This document shows positions 22,539 through 34,092 of a stretch of 64,000 nt of DNA, piece by piece; position 1 is the stretch's first letter, and each line of letters begins with the position of its first letter. The DNA comes from an uncultured Chloroflexia bacterium (GTDB lineage: Bacteria; Chloroflexota; Anaerolineae; Anaerolineales; Villigracilaceae). The stretch covers positions 396,357-460,356 of the forward strand of contig CAVQYK010000031.1 of the NCBI GenBank assembly GCA_963718215.1. The letters are read 5' to 3'. Made by a program: the position numbers and the translations under genes. The notes under the pieces were generated by a model, which saw nothing but the letters and a program-made list of their open reading frames with translations, searched no databases and was not told where the DNA came from.

Positions 22539-23591
22539 ATGAAGTTTGTCTCCGTCGTCGGCGCGCGCCCCGAATTCATTCAGGCAACCCCGGTCAGCCG
22601 CGCGCTCCGAAAACATCATCAGGAACTGCTCGTCCACACCGGGCAGCACTACGACTACAAAATGTCGCAGACCTTCTTCGATGAGCTTGGCATCCCTGCG
22701 CCTGATTACAACCTCGAAGTCGGTTCCGGCTCCCATGCAGGTCAGACCGCCGAGATCCTGGTCCGCTTCGAGGAACTCCTGCTCAAGGAAAAGCCCGATT
22801 GCGTCATCGTGCGCGGCGACACCAATTCCACTCTCGCGGGTGCGCTGGCCGCCAGCAAACTGCACATCCCCACGGTCCATATCGAAGCGGGCGAGCGCAG
22901 TTTCGACCGCCGCATGCCCGAGGAGATCAACCGCCTTGTCGCCGATAAACTTGCATCCGCGTTTTTCTGCGTCAGCCAGACCGCTGTCAAACAGCTTGCG
23001 GACGAAGGCATTACGAAGGATGTCTACTGGGTGGGCGACGTGATGCTGGATGCGAATCTGTCCAACCGGCCTCTCGCGCGACAAAAGTCCACGATTCTTT
23101 CGACGCTCGGGCTTGCCCCGGCTTCCTATGGGCTTGTGACCGTCCACCGCGCCGCCAACACGGACGATCCTCAACGTCTGGCAAATATTGTGAAGGCCTT
23201 GAGTCAGGTCGGTGAGACAGTGGTGTTCCCCGTCCACCCGCGCACGCGCGGCGCATTGGACAAACTGGATGTTCAATTCGGTGATAACGTCCGCTTGATC
23301 GAGCCGGTTGGCTACTTCGACATGATGGTGCTGGAGGAGAATGCAAGGATCATCGCGACTGATTCAGGCGGGGTCCAGCGCGAAGCGTATTTCATGTCCA
23401 AGCCTTGCATCACCCTGCGCGACGAAACCGAATGGACGGAAACCGTCCAGGTGGGGTGGAACAAACTGGTCGGCGTTGAAGTGGAAAGATCGTCAGCGAG
23501 TGGAAGACCTTCACGCCTCCTGCCGAACAGCCTCCCATTTTTGGCGACGGCAAGGCAGGCGAGAAGATCGCAGAGATTCTTGGCAAAATAA
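22539..23591 (+). CDS. wecB: UDP-N-acetylglucosamine 2-epimerase, non-hydrolysing (WecB/WbpI-like); indels near 3' end
   Basis: GARPEF, HTGQHYD, GDTNST, HIEAG.RS, MPEEINR, TDSGGVQREA. Confidence 0.9.
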   Translation: MKFVSVVGARPEFIQATPVSRALRKHHQELLVHTGQHYDYKMSQTFFDELGIPAPDYNLEVGSGSHAGQTAEILVRFEELLLKEKPDCVIVRGDTNSTLAGALAASKLHIPTVHIEAGERSFDRRMPEEINRLVADKLASAFFCVSQTAVKQLADEGITKDVYWVGDVMLDANLSNRPLARQKSTILSTLGLAPASYGLVTVHRAANTDDPQRLANIVKALSQVGETVVFPVHPRTRGALDKLDVQFGDNVRLIEPVGYFDMMVLEENARIIATDSGGVQREAYFMSKPCITLRDETEWTETVQVGWNKLVGVEVERSSASGRPSRLLPNSLPFLATARQARRSQRFLAK

Positions 23592-23624
23592 ATTTATCTA
23601 TCAATTAGTGAAAGCGGATTTAGC

Positions 23625-24949
23625 ATGGAAAACACATCAAAACAAAAAGTTGGAATCATCGGCGGCGGCATCATGGGCATCAGCCTGGGTTACTACCTCG
23701 CAAAGCGGGGAGTTGCCGTCACCATTTACGAAGCCTCGCCTGTCCTGGGCGGTCTGGCTGGTCCTCTCGTTCTGGAAGATGGAACCGAAGTGGACCGCTT
23801 CTATCACGCCATCCTCTCCAGTGACCGCCATCTGCGCGAGTTGTGCGAAGAGTTGGGCATTGCGGACCAGTTCCGTTTCAAGGAAACGAAGACAAGTTTC
23901 TATTACAAGAACGCCCTTCATCCCATGAACAACATGATCGACTTCCTGAAGTTCCCTCCGCTGGGCTGGATCGACCGCTTCCGCCTCGGGTTGACCGTCC
24001 TTGCCGCGCAGTTCACCAGGGATTGGAAAAGCCTTGAGTCCATCAGCGTCCAGGACTGGTTGTTGAAGTGGGGCGGCAGGGTGACGTTCCAGAATATCTG
24101 GCGTCCCATGTTGAAAGCCAAGTTCGATGCCGGGTTCGACAATGTGCCCGCCACGTGGATCTGGTCGCGGTCTTGTCCGCATGAAGTCCACGCGTGAGGG
24201 CGCCAACCAGAAGGAAATGGCTGGTCATCTGATCGGCGGGTATATCACCCTGATCAAGGCTTTGACCGAAAAGATCCGCGAGTTTGGCGGGGAGGTGCTC
24301 CTCAAGACCCCGGTCAAGGAGATCGTGATCGAGAACGGCAAGGCGGTGGGCATCCGCATGGTGAACGACGAGGTCGTGAAATATGACAAGGTCATCTGCA
24401 CCATGCAGACGCCGGTCTTCCAGCGTTTGATACCCAGCTGCCGACCAAAAGTATCACGAATTCCTCGCCAAGTCTGATTACCTGGGAATCATCGCACCCC
24501 TGCTCGTTCTAACCAAACCGTTGACCGGTAATTGGACGGTGAATATCACCGATGACCGTTTCCCGTTCACAGGCGTGATCGAAACGACCGCGTACATCGA
24601 CCCCAGTTACGTTGGCGGCTATCACCTTGTCTATCTGCCCAAGTACACTGCCCCGGGCAGTGAGTGGCAGAAGAAGTCCGATGATGAGATCAGGCAGATC
24701 TGGCTCGAGAACCTGAAGGCGATGTTCCCCGAATTTGATACATCTTCCATCAAGTATTTCCTCATCCACCGCGAACGCTACGTCGAGCCGCTTCATGGAC
24801 TGAACGAGACCGACCTCGTCCCCGAAGTGAAGACCCCCGTCGGGAACCTGTTCCTTGCCACCACATCCCAGATCTACCCCGCCCTGACGAACGGCGAGTC
24901 GGTCAGCCGCCATGCGCGCGATGCGGCGGACATTGTTCTCAAAAATTGA
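23625..24949 (+). CDS. FAD-dependent oxidoreductase (protoporphyrinogen oxidase/UDP-galactopyranose mutase-like fold); frameshifts ~24170, ~24440
   Basis: IIGGGIMG Rossmann motif, E...LGGL, DRFYH; continues through ORF-track entries 24127 and 24521. Confidence 0.75.
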
Positions 24950-24963
24950 GCTGGAGGAAACAA

Positions 24964-25542
24964 ATGGAGAATAAGGATCATATTATTATCGTCTCAGGGT
25001 TGCCGCGTTCGGGCACATCCATGATGATGAAAATGCTCGATGCGGGCGGACTGCCCATCCTGACCGACAACCTGCGCGAAGCGGATGCCAACAACCCGAA
25101 GGGATATTACGAGTTCGAGCGAGTGAAGGAACTGCCGAACGGCGATTATGGCTGGATCCCCGCAGCAGGCGGAAAGGTGGTCAAGATCGTGACCGGGCTG
25201 ATCATGAACCTGCCGTCGGATGCCAGATACAAGGTCATCTTCATGCAGCGGGCGATGAAGGAGGTGTTGTCATCCCAGAAAAAGATGCTCGGGCGTCTGG
25301 GCAAGGAGGATGACAAGGTCGAGGATGAGAAGATGAAGAAGATCTATCAGGAGCACCTCAAACAGGTGAACGCCTGGATCGCAAAACAGCCGAACATCGA
25401 AGTGTTGTATGTCAATTACAATACGATGCTGGGCAACCCGCATGAGTCACTGCAAAAGGTCAATGAGTTCCTGGGCGGTCGCATGGATGTGAACGTCATG
25501 GCGGATGTCGTGGACAAGGAATTGTATCGAGAGAGAAAGTAA
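24964..25542 (+). CDS. Sulfotransferase-family protein
   Basis: VSGLPRSGTSMMM (PAPS 5'-PSB loop), NPKGYYE, R..EV..SQ. Confidence 0.8.
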   Translation: MENKDHIIIVSGLPRSGTSMMMKMLDAGGLPILTDNLREADANNPKGYYEFERVKELPNGDYGWIPAAGGKVVKIVTGLIMNLPSDARYKVIFMQRAMKEVLSSQKKMLGRLGKEDDKVEDEKMKKIYQEHLKQVNAWIAKQPNIEVLYVNYNTMLGNPHESLQKVNEFLGGRMDVNVMADVVDKELYRERK

Positions 25543-25578
25543 GTCTGTATATCAAGTAGAGATAAGAAAGGAACAAAT

Positions 25579-25827
25579 ATGAACATTTTTATTAATCTGG
25601 CTAGTTTGATGGGACCGCTCCGCCCGCCCGAGTACCTGGGACCGGAGACCCTCATGCCTCTGGCATCCATCCTGGCGGCGATTGCGGGATTCTTCCTGAT
25701 CTTCTGGCGATTGATCGTGCGGATGGTCAAAACGGCGTATCGCAAGATCCGCGGCCTGCCCGAGGAAGTCCCGCCCGACCTGGACATGGACGTGGAAGAT
25801 CCCACTGAAGAAGAGCAGGATAAATAA
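25579..25827 (+). CDS. Small single-TM membrane protein (YLGP motif)
   Basis: SD AAGGA; YLGP, then a hydrophobic helix, basic patch and acidic tail; tightly packed in the operon. Confidence 0.65.
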   Translation: MNIFINLASLMGPLRPPEYLGPETLMPLASILAAIAGFFLIFWRLIVRMVKTAYRKIRGLPEEVPPDLDMDVEDPTEEEQDK

Positions 25828-25836
25828 ACCGGTCTC

Positions 25837-27685
25837 ATGACGATGAAAAAAGTCATTGCCATTGGATTGGACGGGTTCGAGCCGAAGATCGCCGAAGCGA
25901 TGATCGCGCGCGGCGAACTGCCCAACCTGCAGAAGATGCAGGAGCAGGGCGGTTATTCGCGCCTGGGAACCACATATTCCGCGCAGACGCCGGTGGCATG
26001 GTCCACGTTCTCGACCGGGACCAACCCCGGCGGGCACGGCATCTTCGACTTCCTGAACCGCGACCCGAAGACCTATCTGCCCGTCATGGCGCTCAGCAAG
26101 TACGAGCAGAAGAATGCCTTTGTGCTTCCGAAGGTCGTGAACATGCGGCGCGGCACCCCGTTCTGGGACTTGTTGTCCGCCAGGGATGTGCCCTCCACGA
26201 TCCTGCGCGTGCCGTGTGCGTATCCGCCGGACCAGGTGAAGGGACGGATGCTCTCGGGCGTCGGTGTCCCTGATCTGCGCGGCGGGTTTGGCACGCCTAC
26301 GTTTTATTCCAGCCGCAGGGACTTGCATGCCGACCAGAGTGAAAAGGTGGTGGCCGTCAGCGTGGACAAGGGCCGGGTCGGCACGCATGTCATCGGTCCG
26401 CGTGACCCGAAGACGAAGTCCGATCACAAGTTCGATATCGGCATCCAGATCGTCAGGGAAGAGAACAAGATCGTCATCACGTCGCAAGGGCAACCCGACA
26501 AGTTGGAAGTGCAGTTGGGCAAGTGGAGCAAGTGGCTCAAGGTCAAGTTCAAGGTCGGGATGATGCAGACCGTTTCGGGCATCGTGCGCTTCAACCTGCG
26601 GCAGATCGAGCCGGAGTTCGAGTTGTACGCGTCGCCGGTCAACTTCGAGACCGAGGAGCCGTTGTTCCCGATCAGCCACCCGAAGGAATACGCCCACGAA
26701 CTGGCGATGAAGATCGGGCGATTTTATACGGCGGGCATGGCCGAAGATCATGACGGTCTGAACCTGAACCGTTTCGATGAAGCGACCTATCTCGACCAAT
26801 GCCGCCTCGTGATGCGCGAACGCCGCCGCATGATGGAATACGAATTGGGCAGGCTCGAAAGCGGATACTTCTTCTGCCTGTTCGATACGCCCGACCGCCT
26901 TGCGCACATGTTCTGGCGGTTCCGCGAGCCCGAGCATCCATCCAACCGTCATCACGGTTACAACCCAGAGTTTGCGAATGCCATCGAGGAACATTACCGC
27001 GATTGTGATGCGGTCATTGGCGAGGCGATGAAGTATGTGGACGATGACACTCTTTTCATCGTCCTCAGCGATCACGGCATGAACTCGTTCCAGCGCGGTT
27101 TGAACTTAAATACATGGCTGTATGAGAACGGATTCCTTGCGTTGAAGGCGGGTGCCAATCCTGGCGACGGCGGCGACTTCTTTGAGAACGTGGACTGGGA
27201 CAAGACCAAAGCGTATGCGATGGGATTGGGTCCCATCTTCCTCAATATCAAGGGTCGTGAAGCCAATGGCATCCTGAACGAAGAGGAAGCAGAAGCAACT
27301 CGTGCAGGGATCGTAAGCGGACTGACCGGTCTGGTGGACAAGGATCGCGGCGCTGTGGCAGTTCGAAGCGTGGTCCGACGCGAGCAGGTCTACAGCGGTC
27401 CATATTTGGATGAAGCGCCCGACCTGCTGGTCAACTTCTCCGAAGGGTATCGCGTCTCGTGGGATACGCCTCTGGGCGGAGTGCCGCAGGGATTGTTCGC
27501 GGATAACCACAAACGCTGGGGCGGCGATCATGTCATTGACCCCGCGCTGTCTTCGGGCGTGTTGTTCATGAACCGCAAATTCCGCGCGGATGTCGCCGAG
27601 CCTGGTGGACCTTGCGCCGACCATCTTGAATTCACTCGGCGTGCCCAAGGGCGCCGAAATGGAAGGGAGCGATCTTTTATCATGA
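25837..27685 (+). CDS. Alkaline phosphatase superfamily (type I phosphodiesterase/NPP-like) protein
   Basis: IGLDG, QTPVAWSTF.TG.NPG.HGIFDF, DRLAHMFW, SDHG, GDH; an indel ~27600 hides DLAPTIL..MEG and stop TGA 27683-27685. Confidence 0.8.
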
Positions 27686-28299
27686 ATGTTCTGGTCTTGA
27701 ATTTTGCGGGCGCCGAGCCCCAAACCCTGTTCAGCGATGAACGCCTCGAGAACCTGCGCCGCCTGATGGACATGGGCTGCTTCGGCGCGTTGAGCGGTTC
27801 GGGTGAATGGAACGTGCTGGCGCGGCAGGAGAACCATACGCTCACGTTGATGGAATATTTCCAGCAGGCGGACAAGCTCTGCGTGGATACGACCGACCCG
27901 GTCACCCTGCGCGAAAAACTTTCGGTGGGGGATTGGGACTACCTGCAATATACCGCCGCGTCATTCCCCGCCGATAACTGGTCCGCCGACGATTACCTTC
28001 GTCTCGACAATGACCTGGGTGAAGCCCTCCAGGAACTGAGCGACGACACGGTCATCACCATTCTGGGCGAAGGCTGTTTTGTACTGGTCTCCGCGAACAA
28101 CCCGATCAGCGGCGAACATCAGGATGGCGCCGCCGCAGACATTGCTCCCACGCTGGTGCAGTTGGCGGGGTATCCGCTTCCCTCCGCCACAGAAGGGAAA
28201 TCCTGGGTGGAAGGCATGGAGTTGAACAATGCCTCCGGTCTGACCGCCGACGAACAGCAGATCCTGCGCGACCGCCTGAGCGGGCTGGGGTATGTCTAA
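27682..28299 (+). CDS. Short degenerate AlkP-fold protein ending in RLSGLGY
   Basis: ATG overlaps the upstream stop (ATGA); DIAPTL..AGYP...EGKS and C-terminal I.DRL.GLGY; metal-binding motifs not evident. Confidence 0.7.
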   Translation: MNVLVLNFAGAEPQTLFSDERLENLRRLMDMGCFGALSGSGEWNVLARQENHTLTLMEYFQQADKLCVDTTDPVTLREKLSVGDWDYLQYTAASFPADNWSADDYLRLDNDLGEALQELSDDTVITILGEGCFVLVSANNPISGEHQDGAAADIAPTLVQLAGYPLPSATEGKSWVEGMELNNASGLTADEQQILRDRLSGLGYV

Positions 28300-28302
28300 G
28301 AA

Positions 28303-28330
28303 TTGACTGTCGCCGAGACAGCTTTATAGT
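28303..28330 (+). promoter_or_regulatory. Putative internal sigma70 promoter TTGACT-N16-TATAGT
   Basis: Near-consensus boxes 16 nt upstream of ATG 28347. Confidence 0.45.
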
Positions 28331-28346
28331 TTTGGAAAAAATAACC

Positions 28347-30195
28347 ATGAAAAAATTCGACAATAAAATCGCCATTGACATCCTTCGTTATGCTGCCTGG
28401 TTCGGCATTTTGACCGGGCTGGTGGAGGGGCTTTTGCTTTTCACCCTCTCACGCTTCGAAATGTTGAAGGGGCAGATCACCTACCTCGGCTCCGGCTGGC
28501 AGGTTCTGTGGGTTGCGCCGATCTTCGACCTCCTGCTGTTCCTGGCTGCGGGTCTGGTTCTGGCGGTCCTGGCCCGGTTCATTCCGCAGGTTTGGGCAAA
28601 AAGACTGTCATTGTTTGTTTTCGCTTTCATGATGGCTTTTTCGTGGGTGGGGACGTACCTCTCCGGGCGTCTCTCCCCGGTGGCGTCCGCCATCCTGGCG
28701 GCGGGGATTGGGTACCAGTTGTCGCTGACCCTGTTCGAGCGGGAGAAGCGATTCGCTCCTTTCGCGGGGAGAACGGTCAAGGCGTTGGGAATCCTGGTCG
28801 TTGCCCTGCTGGTCCTCATTCAGGGTGGTTACTGGATCGGTGAACAGGTTGCAGTTCGGAACCTGCCGCAGGCGAAAGAGTCCAGCCCGAACGTGCTGCT
28901 GATCGTCATGGATACGCTGCGCGCCGATCACCTGTCGCTTCAGGGATATGAGCGGGTCACTGACCCGAATTTGGTGCGGATAGCCAGTGAAGGGGTGATG
29001 TTCGAGAACGCCTACGCCACCTCCTCCTGGACACTGACCGCCCATGCCTCGCTGTTTACGGGCCGCTGGCCCTACGAGCATATGGCGGACGGCGGCAGGG
29101 CGCTGGATGACACCTATCCGACCATTGCCGAAGCGCTTGCCGATCGCGGCTATCGCACAGGTGCCTTCAACGGCAATTTCGAGACCGTCACCAAGCGCTG
29201 GGGCTTTGCCCGCGGTTTCCACCATTTCGAAGATTACTACCAGACTATCCCGCAACTGGCGGTCAGTTCCTTCTACGGCCGTTTTCTGGAATATTATGTT
29301 TTCCACAAAGTCCTCGGCATGGAATTCTCCATTGACCGACGCTGGGCGCCCAGCGTCAACCAGTCCACGCTCGACTGGATCGACCAGGATACGGAAAAGC
29401 CGTTCTTCGCCTTTGTCAACTATTACGATATCCATGCGCCGTACATCTCGCCTGAGCGCGCCCGTTTCTCCGAATTCGAGAACCCCGGCGGGCTGGTTAA
29501 CACCGACTGGACAACGGCGAATATCTATAATCCGAAGACCCCGGAACAGGTCCAGGGCGAGATCGATGCCTATGACGGCGGCATCTACTACACCGATCAG
29601 CAGATCCAGAACCTGCTGGATGAACTCCAAAAGCGCGGCATCCTCGAGAACACCATCGTCATGATCACGTCCGATCACGGCGAACTGTTCGGCGAACACG
29701 GACTGTGGGAGCATCACAACTCGCTCTACAAGCCGGTCATCTACGTCCCGATGATCATCTGGCATCCGTCCTCCGTGCCGCAAAATGTGCGCATCGACAC
29801 GCCCATCTCCAACGCCGCTGTCCCTGCCACCATCCTGGACATGCTTGGCGAACCGGGGCAGGACATCTTCCCCGGCCCCTCGCTGGCGGAATTGTGGCGT
29901 GACCCCGCCTCGGCGGTTCTTTTCCCGGACCCGATCGCTGAAATGGCCGAATCGACCTGGGTCAACCCGAACCATCTTTCCATCAAAGGCGACATGACAT
30001 CGGTCATCTCCGAAGACTGGCAGTACATCGAGCACGAATTCAACGGCGTGGAGCTATACAACCTCAATGACGACCCCGACCAGTTGAACAACCTCGCCGA
30101 GGAAGAACCCGACTGTCCTGGATCAACTCAAGAACTATTACCTCGAAGCCATCGCCAAAGTCGGTCTCACCTGGCCTTACGATATCGAGAAATAG
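28347..30195 (+). CDS. Membrane-anchored sulfatase-fold hydrolase/transferase (N-terminal TM bundle)
   Basis: About 5 TMs, then PNVLLIVMDTLRADH, SWTLTAHASLFTG, DIHAPY, SDHGE, EH; indel ~30110. Confidence 0.85.
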
Positions 30196-30203
30196 AGTAA
30201 TCA

Positions 30204-32042
30204 ATGACAGCGAAGGAAAACGTTCGAGAAACTGCCAAGGGAACTCTTGTACTCGCCACTGGGATGGGGCTTTTGACCGGATTGGTCGAAGGCTTGCTGT
30301 TGCTTGGCTTGTTCCGGGCCGGCCTGTTGACATGGCGCCTGCACAACCGCGCCATCTGGTACGAGACCTTGTGGATCGCCCCGCTGGTGGACCTGGTCCT
30401 GTTCACGCTGGCGGGGGCGGTCTTCGCGCTTGCCGCCCGCCTGCTTCCCGCGCCTGCCGGTCAGGAAGATCGCCTGGTTCACGTTCATCTTCCTCGCTGT
30501 TTTCGATTGGACCTTCATCATCCTGTTCGGGAAGATCTCGCTGTTTGCGATCCTCATCCTTGCGGCAGGCGTCAGTTTTCAGGTTTTCACTACCATTGCA
30601 AAGCGGGAGTCCGCCGCTTCGTCCAGGATTCAAAGATGCATTGCCCTGGCTGGCGGGTGTGACGGTTGCCATCATCATCGCAATTCAGGGCGGGGGATGG
30701 CTCACAGAGAAGGTAAAAACGTCCAACCTGCCCTCAGCGGCCTCCGGCGCGCCGAACGTCATCGTCATTGTCGTGGACACCCTGCGTGCGGACCATCTCT
30801 CCTCCTACGGCTACGAACGCGACACCAGCCCCTTCATGGACAGCCTCGCGGCGGAAGGTGTCCGCTTTGAGAACGCCATCTCGCCCTCCTCCTGGACCCA
30901 GCCCGTGCACGCCTCCATGCTGACGGGACGCTACACCTACGAACACCAGGCGGAGACCACGCCCCTCGACGACACCTACCCGACCATCGGCGAAGTCATG
31001 CAGGCAAACGGCTACCGCACCGCCGCCTTCTCGGCGAACACCCTCTTCTTCACCCGCCGCCAGGGGCATGGACGCGGCTTTTTGCATTTCGAAGACAGCT
31101 ACCAGTCCGTGGCGGATGCGTTCCTCAATTCCTCGCTGTACGGCTTCCTGTTCGACTTCTACGGCTTGCGCAAAGCCCTGAACTACGAAGGCGTTCCCAC
31201 ACGTGTTCTCGCCTCGGATATCAATGACGCTGTTCTGAACTGGGTGGACCGGGACGACGAAAAGCCGTTCCTGGTCTTCATGAACTACTTTGACGTGCAC
31301 GACCCATACACGCCGCCGGAACCTTATCGGAGCAAGTACGCCTCCGTGCCGAATCCCGGCGGATTGATCAATGGTTTCATGGAGCGTTACTCCCCGTCGC
31401 TGACACCGGAACAGATCCAGACCGAGATCGATGCCTACGACGGCTCGATCGCCTACGTGGACGACCAGATCAAGGCCTTGTTCAGTGAACTCGAAGGGCG
31501 AGGCTTGCTCGAAAACACGATCGTGATCGTCACCTCCGACCACGGAGAATCTTTTGGCGAGCACGGGATATTGCAGCATAGCGCCTCGTTGTACCTGGAT
31601 GAGATCCACGTCCCGTTGATCGTCTGGGCGCCCGGACAGGTCCCGGCCGGGAAAACGGTCGAGACGCCGGTGACGATCACTGCCCTGCCTTCGACCATCC
31701 TTTCACTGGTCAATGCGGCGGATGACCCGTTCCCGGGTCCGTCCCTTGCCATCCTGATCTCTGGCGAAGCCCCAGCCGACTGGCCCGACCCCATCTCTGA
31801 GCTGGCGCAGATGAACGGCGCGGCGGAGGTCAACCCGTCCACGCACGGAGCGATGAAATCGGTGGTCGGTGCTGGAAATGCAGTATATTACCCATGAGAA
31901 GTTCGGCGAAGAACTGTACAATTGGCGCACCGACCCGCAGGAGATGAACAACCTGGTGGACGAGCCGTCCGCCAGGACCGCCTTGAACGGCTTCCGCCTG
32001 TATCTGAAAACACTGTTCGGTGAGATATTTCAAATACCATGA
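30204..32042 (+). CDS. Second membrane-anchored sulfatase-fold protein (tandem paralog), frameshifted
   Basis: PNVIVIVVDTLRADH, SWTQPVHASMLTG, DVHDPY, SDHGE; same N-terminal TGLVEGLLL..LW.AP..DL pattern as the previous gene. Confidence 0.8.
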
Positions 32043-34060
32043 AAAGAAATAAACTGATCCCGCAGGGATTTTCTCAAACTCGCAGGCGCTGGCACGGCTG
32101 TCATCGTGCCGGCCGCCCTTGGGGTTGGCACCTATAGCTCCGCCTTGGGCGAGGTCCCGCTCGAGCGTTCCCCGTATGTCGAGACCGTCCATACTGCAAA
32201 CCTGGACGGTTCTGTGCCGATCCTGTTGATCGTTAATAAGGACTCGGCAAATCCGTTCGGGATGTATTTCACAGAAATACTGCGCGCGGAGGGGATTAAC
32301 TGCTTCCACACAACGGATCTTTCCGCGCTTCAGCCTGATTCCCTCCAAAGATACGAAGTCGCCATCCTGGCAGAGACTCCGTTGAATGCGGCGCAGGCCG
32401 GGATGTTTGAATCCTTTGTTGCGCGCGGCGGACGACTCGTCAGCATGCGACCGGCCGATCGTCTCGGGACAGTTTTCGGCGTGGCGAGAACCGAGGGCGT
32501 CTTCCTGGAAGGCTACATCAAGACCGACCCGCTCATCCGGCGGGCGCAGGCATCAATCCATCCTCCATGCAGATCCACGGCGAATCGCATTTGTATGCCC
32601 TGGCGGGCGCGCAGGCGATCGCCTGGCTGTACGCCGACCGCGAAACGGCGACCGAAGACCCTGCGATCACGGTCAACGCCTTCGGGGAGGGGCTGGCGGT
32701 CGCGTTTGCCTTCGACCTGGCAAAGAGCATCGCCCTGATGCGGCAGGGCAACCCGAAATTGATCGACCAGGACAACGACGGCCTGCCGGGCGTCCGCACG
32801 GTGGATAAGTTCGCCGGGTGGATCGACCTGGACCGCATCCACATCCCGCAGGCGGACGAACAGCAAAGGCTGTTCGTCAACATCCTGGCGCAGTTGAGCA
32901 GAAGACCCCTGCCGCGCCTTTGGTATTTCCCCGAAGATAAGAAAAGCGTGCTGATTGCAACAGGCGATTCGCACATGAACCCCGCCAACTTCATCGAGGA
33001 CGTCCTGACCCGCGTCGAAGCGCGCGGCGGTCACTTTACCGTCTATTACTCGCCGCAGATCGTCAGCAACGTCGGGCGCGCCGAGCGCCTGGCGCGCTTC
33101 TGGCTGACGGATAATGTGCAGCTCATCTCGGATATTTTAGGGAAGGAATTTGGCTCGCCGACGCCTCTCATGGTGGACAGTTGGCGCGCGCGCGGGCATG
33201 AGATCGCCCTGCATCCCTATGTGGACACTGAACTCGAGGGAGGCTGGCTGGAATACTGGAAGGAATTTACTGGCCGGGGTTACGCGCCCGTCGCCCAGAC
33301 CGTCCGCACGCACCGTGTCCTGTGGACAGGCTGGACGGAGTCCGCACGCTGGCAGGCTTCCCTCGGTATCCGCATGAACTTCGACTACTACCACGTTGGA
33401 CCCTCCATGCAAAAGCAGAACGGCGAGTGGCCCAACGGACACCTGACCGGGAGCGGCCGCCCCATGAAGTTCATCGACGATCAGGGGCGCATCCTCGACA
33501 TTTACCAGCAACTCACCCAGATCGCCGATGAGCACCTCATCCCCATGGACGTGCCCGGCTGGGGCGGCTGGCCCAAACTCACCGCACAACAGGCGGTGAG
33601 CGTCGCCAAAGACCTGCTCGACCATTCCGTTAGAAACGGCGACTACTGCGCCATCTGCGGGCAATTCCACGTTGACCCCTTCCAAGTGGGCGGCGATCCG
33701 GCAGAAAAGGGCGGCATCTTCCTTGAAGGCACGCTCGATTACGCCAAGGAACTTGGCGTGCCGATCCTCTCCGGCGAAGAATGGCTGGCATTCACCGACC
33801 TGCGGCACGACGCCAATTTTGCAGATCTGGTCTGGGACTCAGCCGCCTCCACCCTGACCTTCCGCCTGCTTCCGCCCAACCAGTCCGACTCCACACTGAC
33901 AGTTCTGCTTCCAGTTTTCCATGCCGGTAAAACTCTCACCTCTGTAAGCGTGGACGGTGTAACGACTCCGATAAACTCCCGTCTTGAACTTGGCGGCGCG
34001 GAATATGCGCTGGTCATTGGGAGCGCGCAGGAACATGCCTTCCGGGCGCTCTACTCCTAA
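32039..34060 (+). CDS. Tat-exported protein with polysaccharide-deacetylase-like barrel domain (frameshifts ~32060, ~32540)
   Basis: Frame-corrected N-terminus SRRDFLKLAGAG; TGDSH, GHEIALHP, RTH, FH motifs. Confidence 0.6.
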
Positions 34061-34092
34061 TCTTGTCCCTGCCTTATTATTGGAGAAAATTT

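Noticed and set aside
25837-28299. 820-aa single ORF in the track
   Set aside because: An indel near 27600 bypasses the natural DLAPT..MEG end and stop (27683-27685); an ATGA overlap marks a second gene
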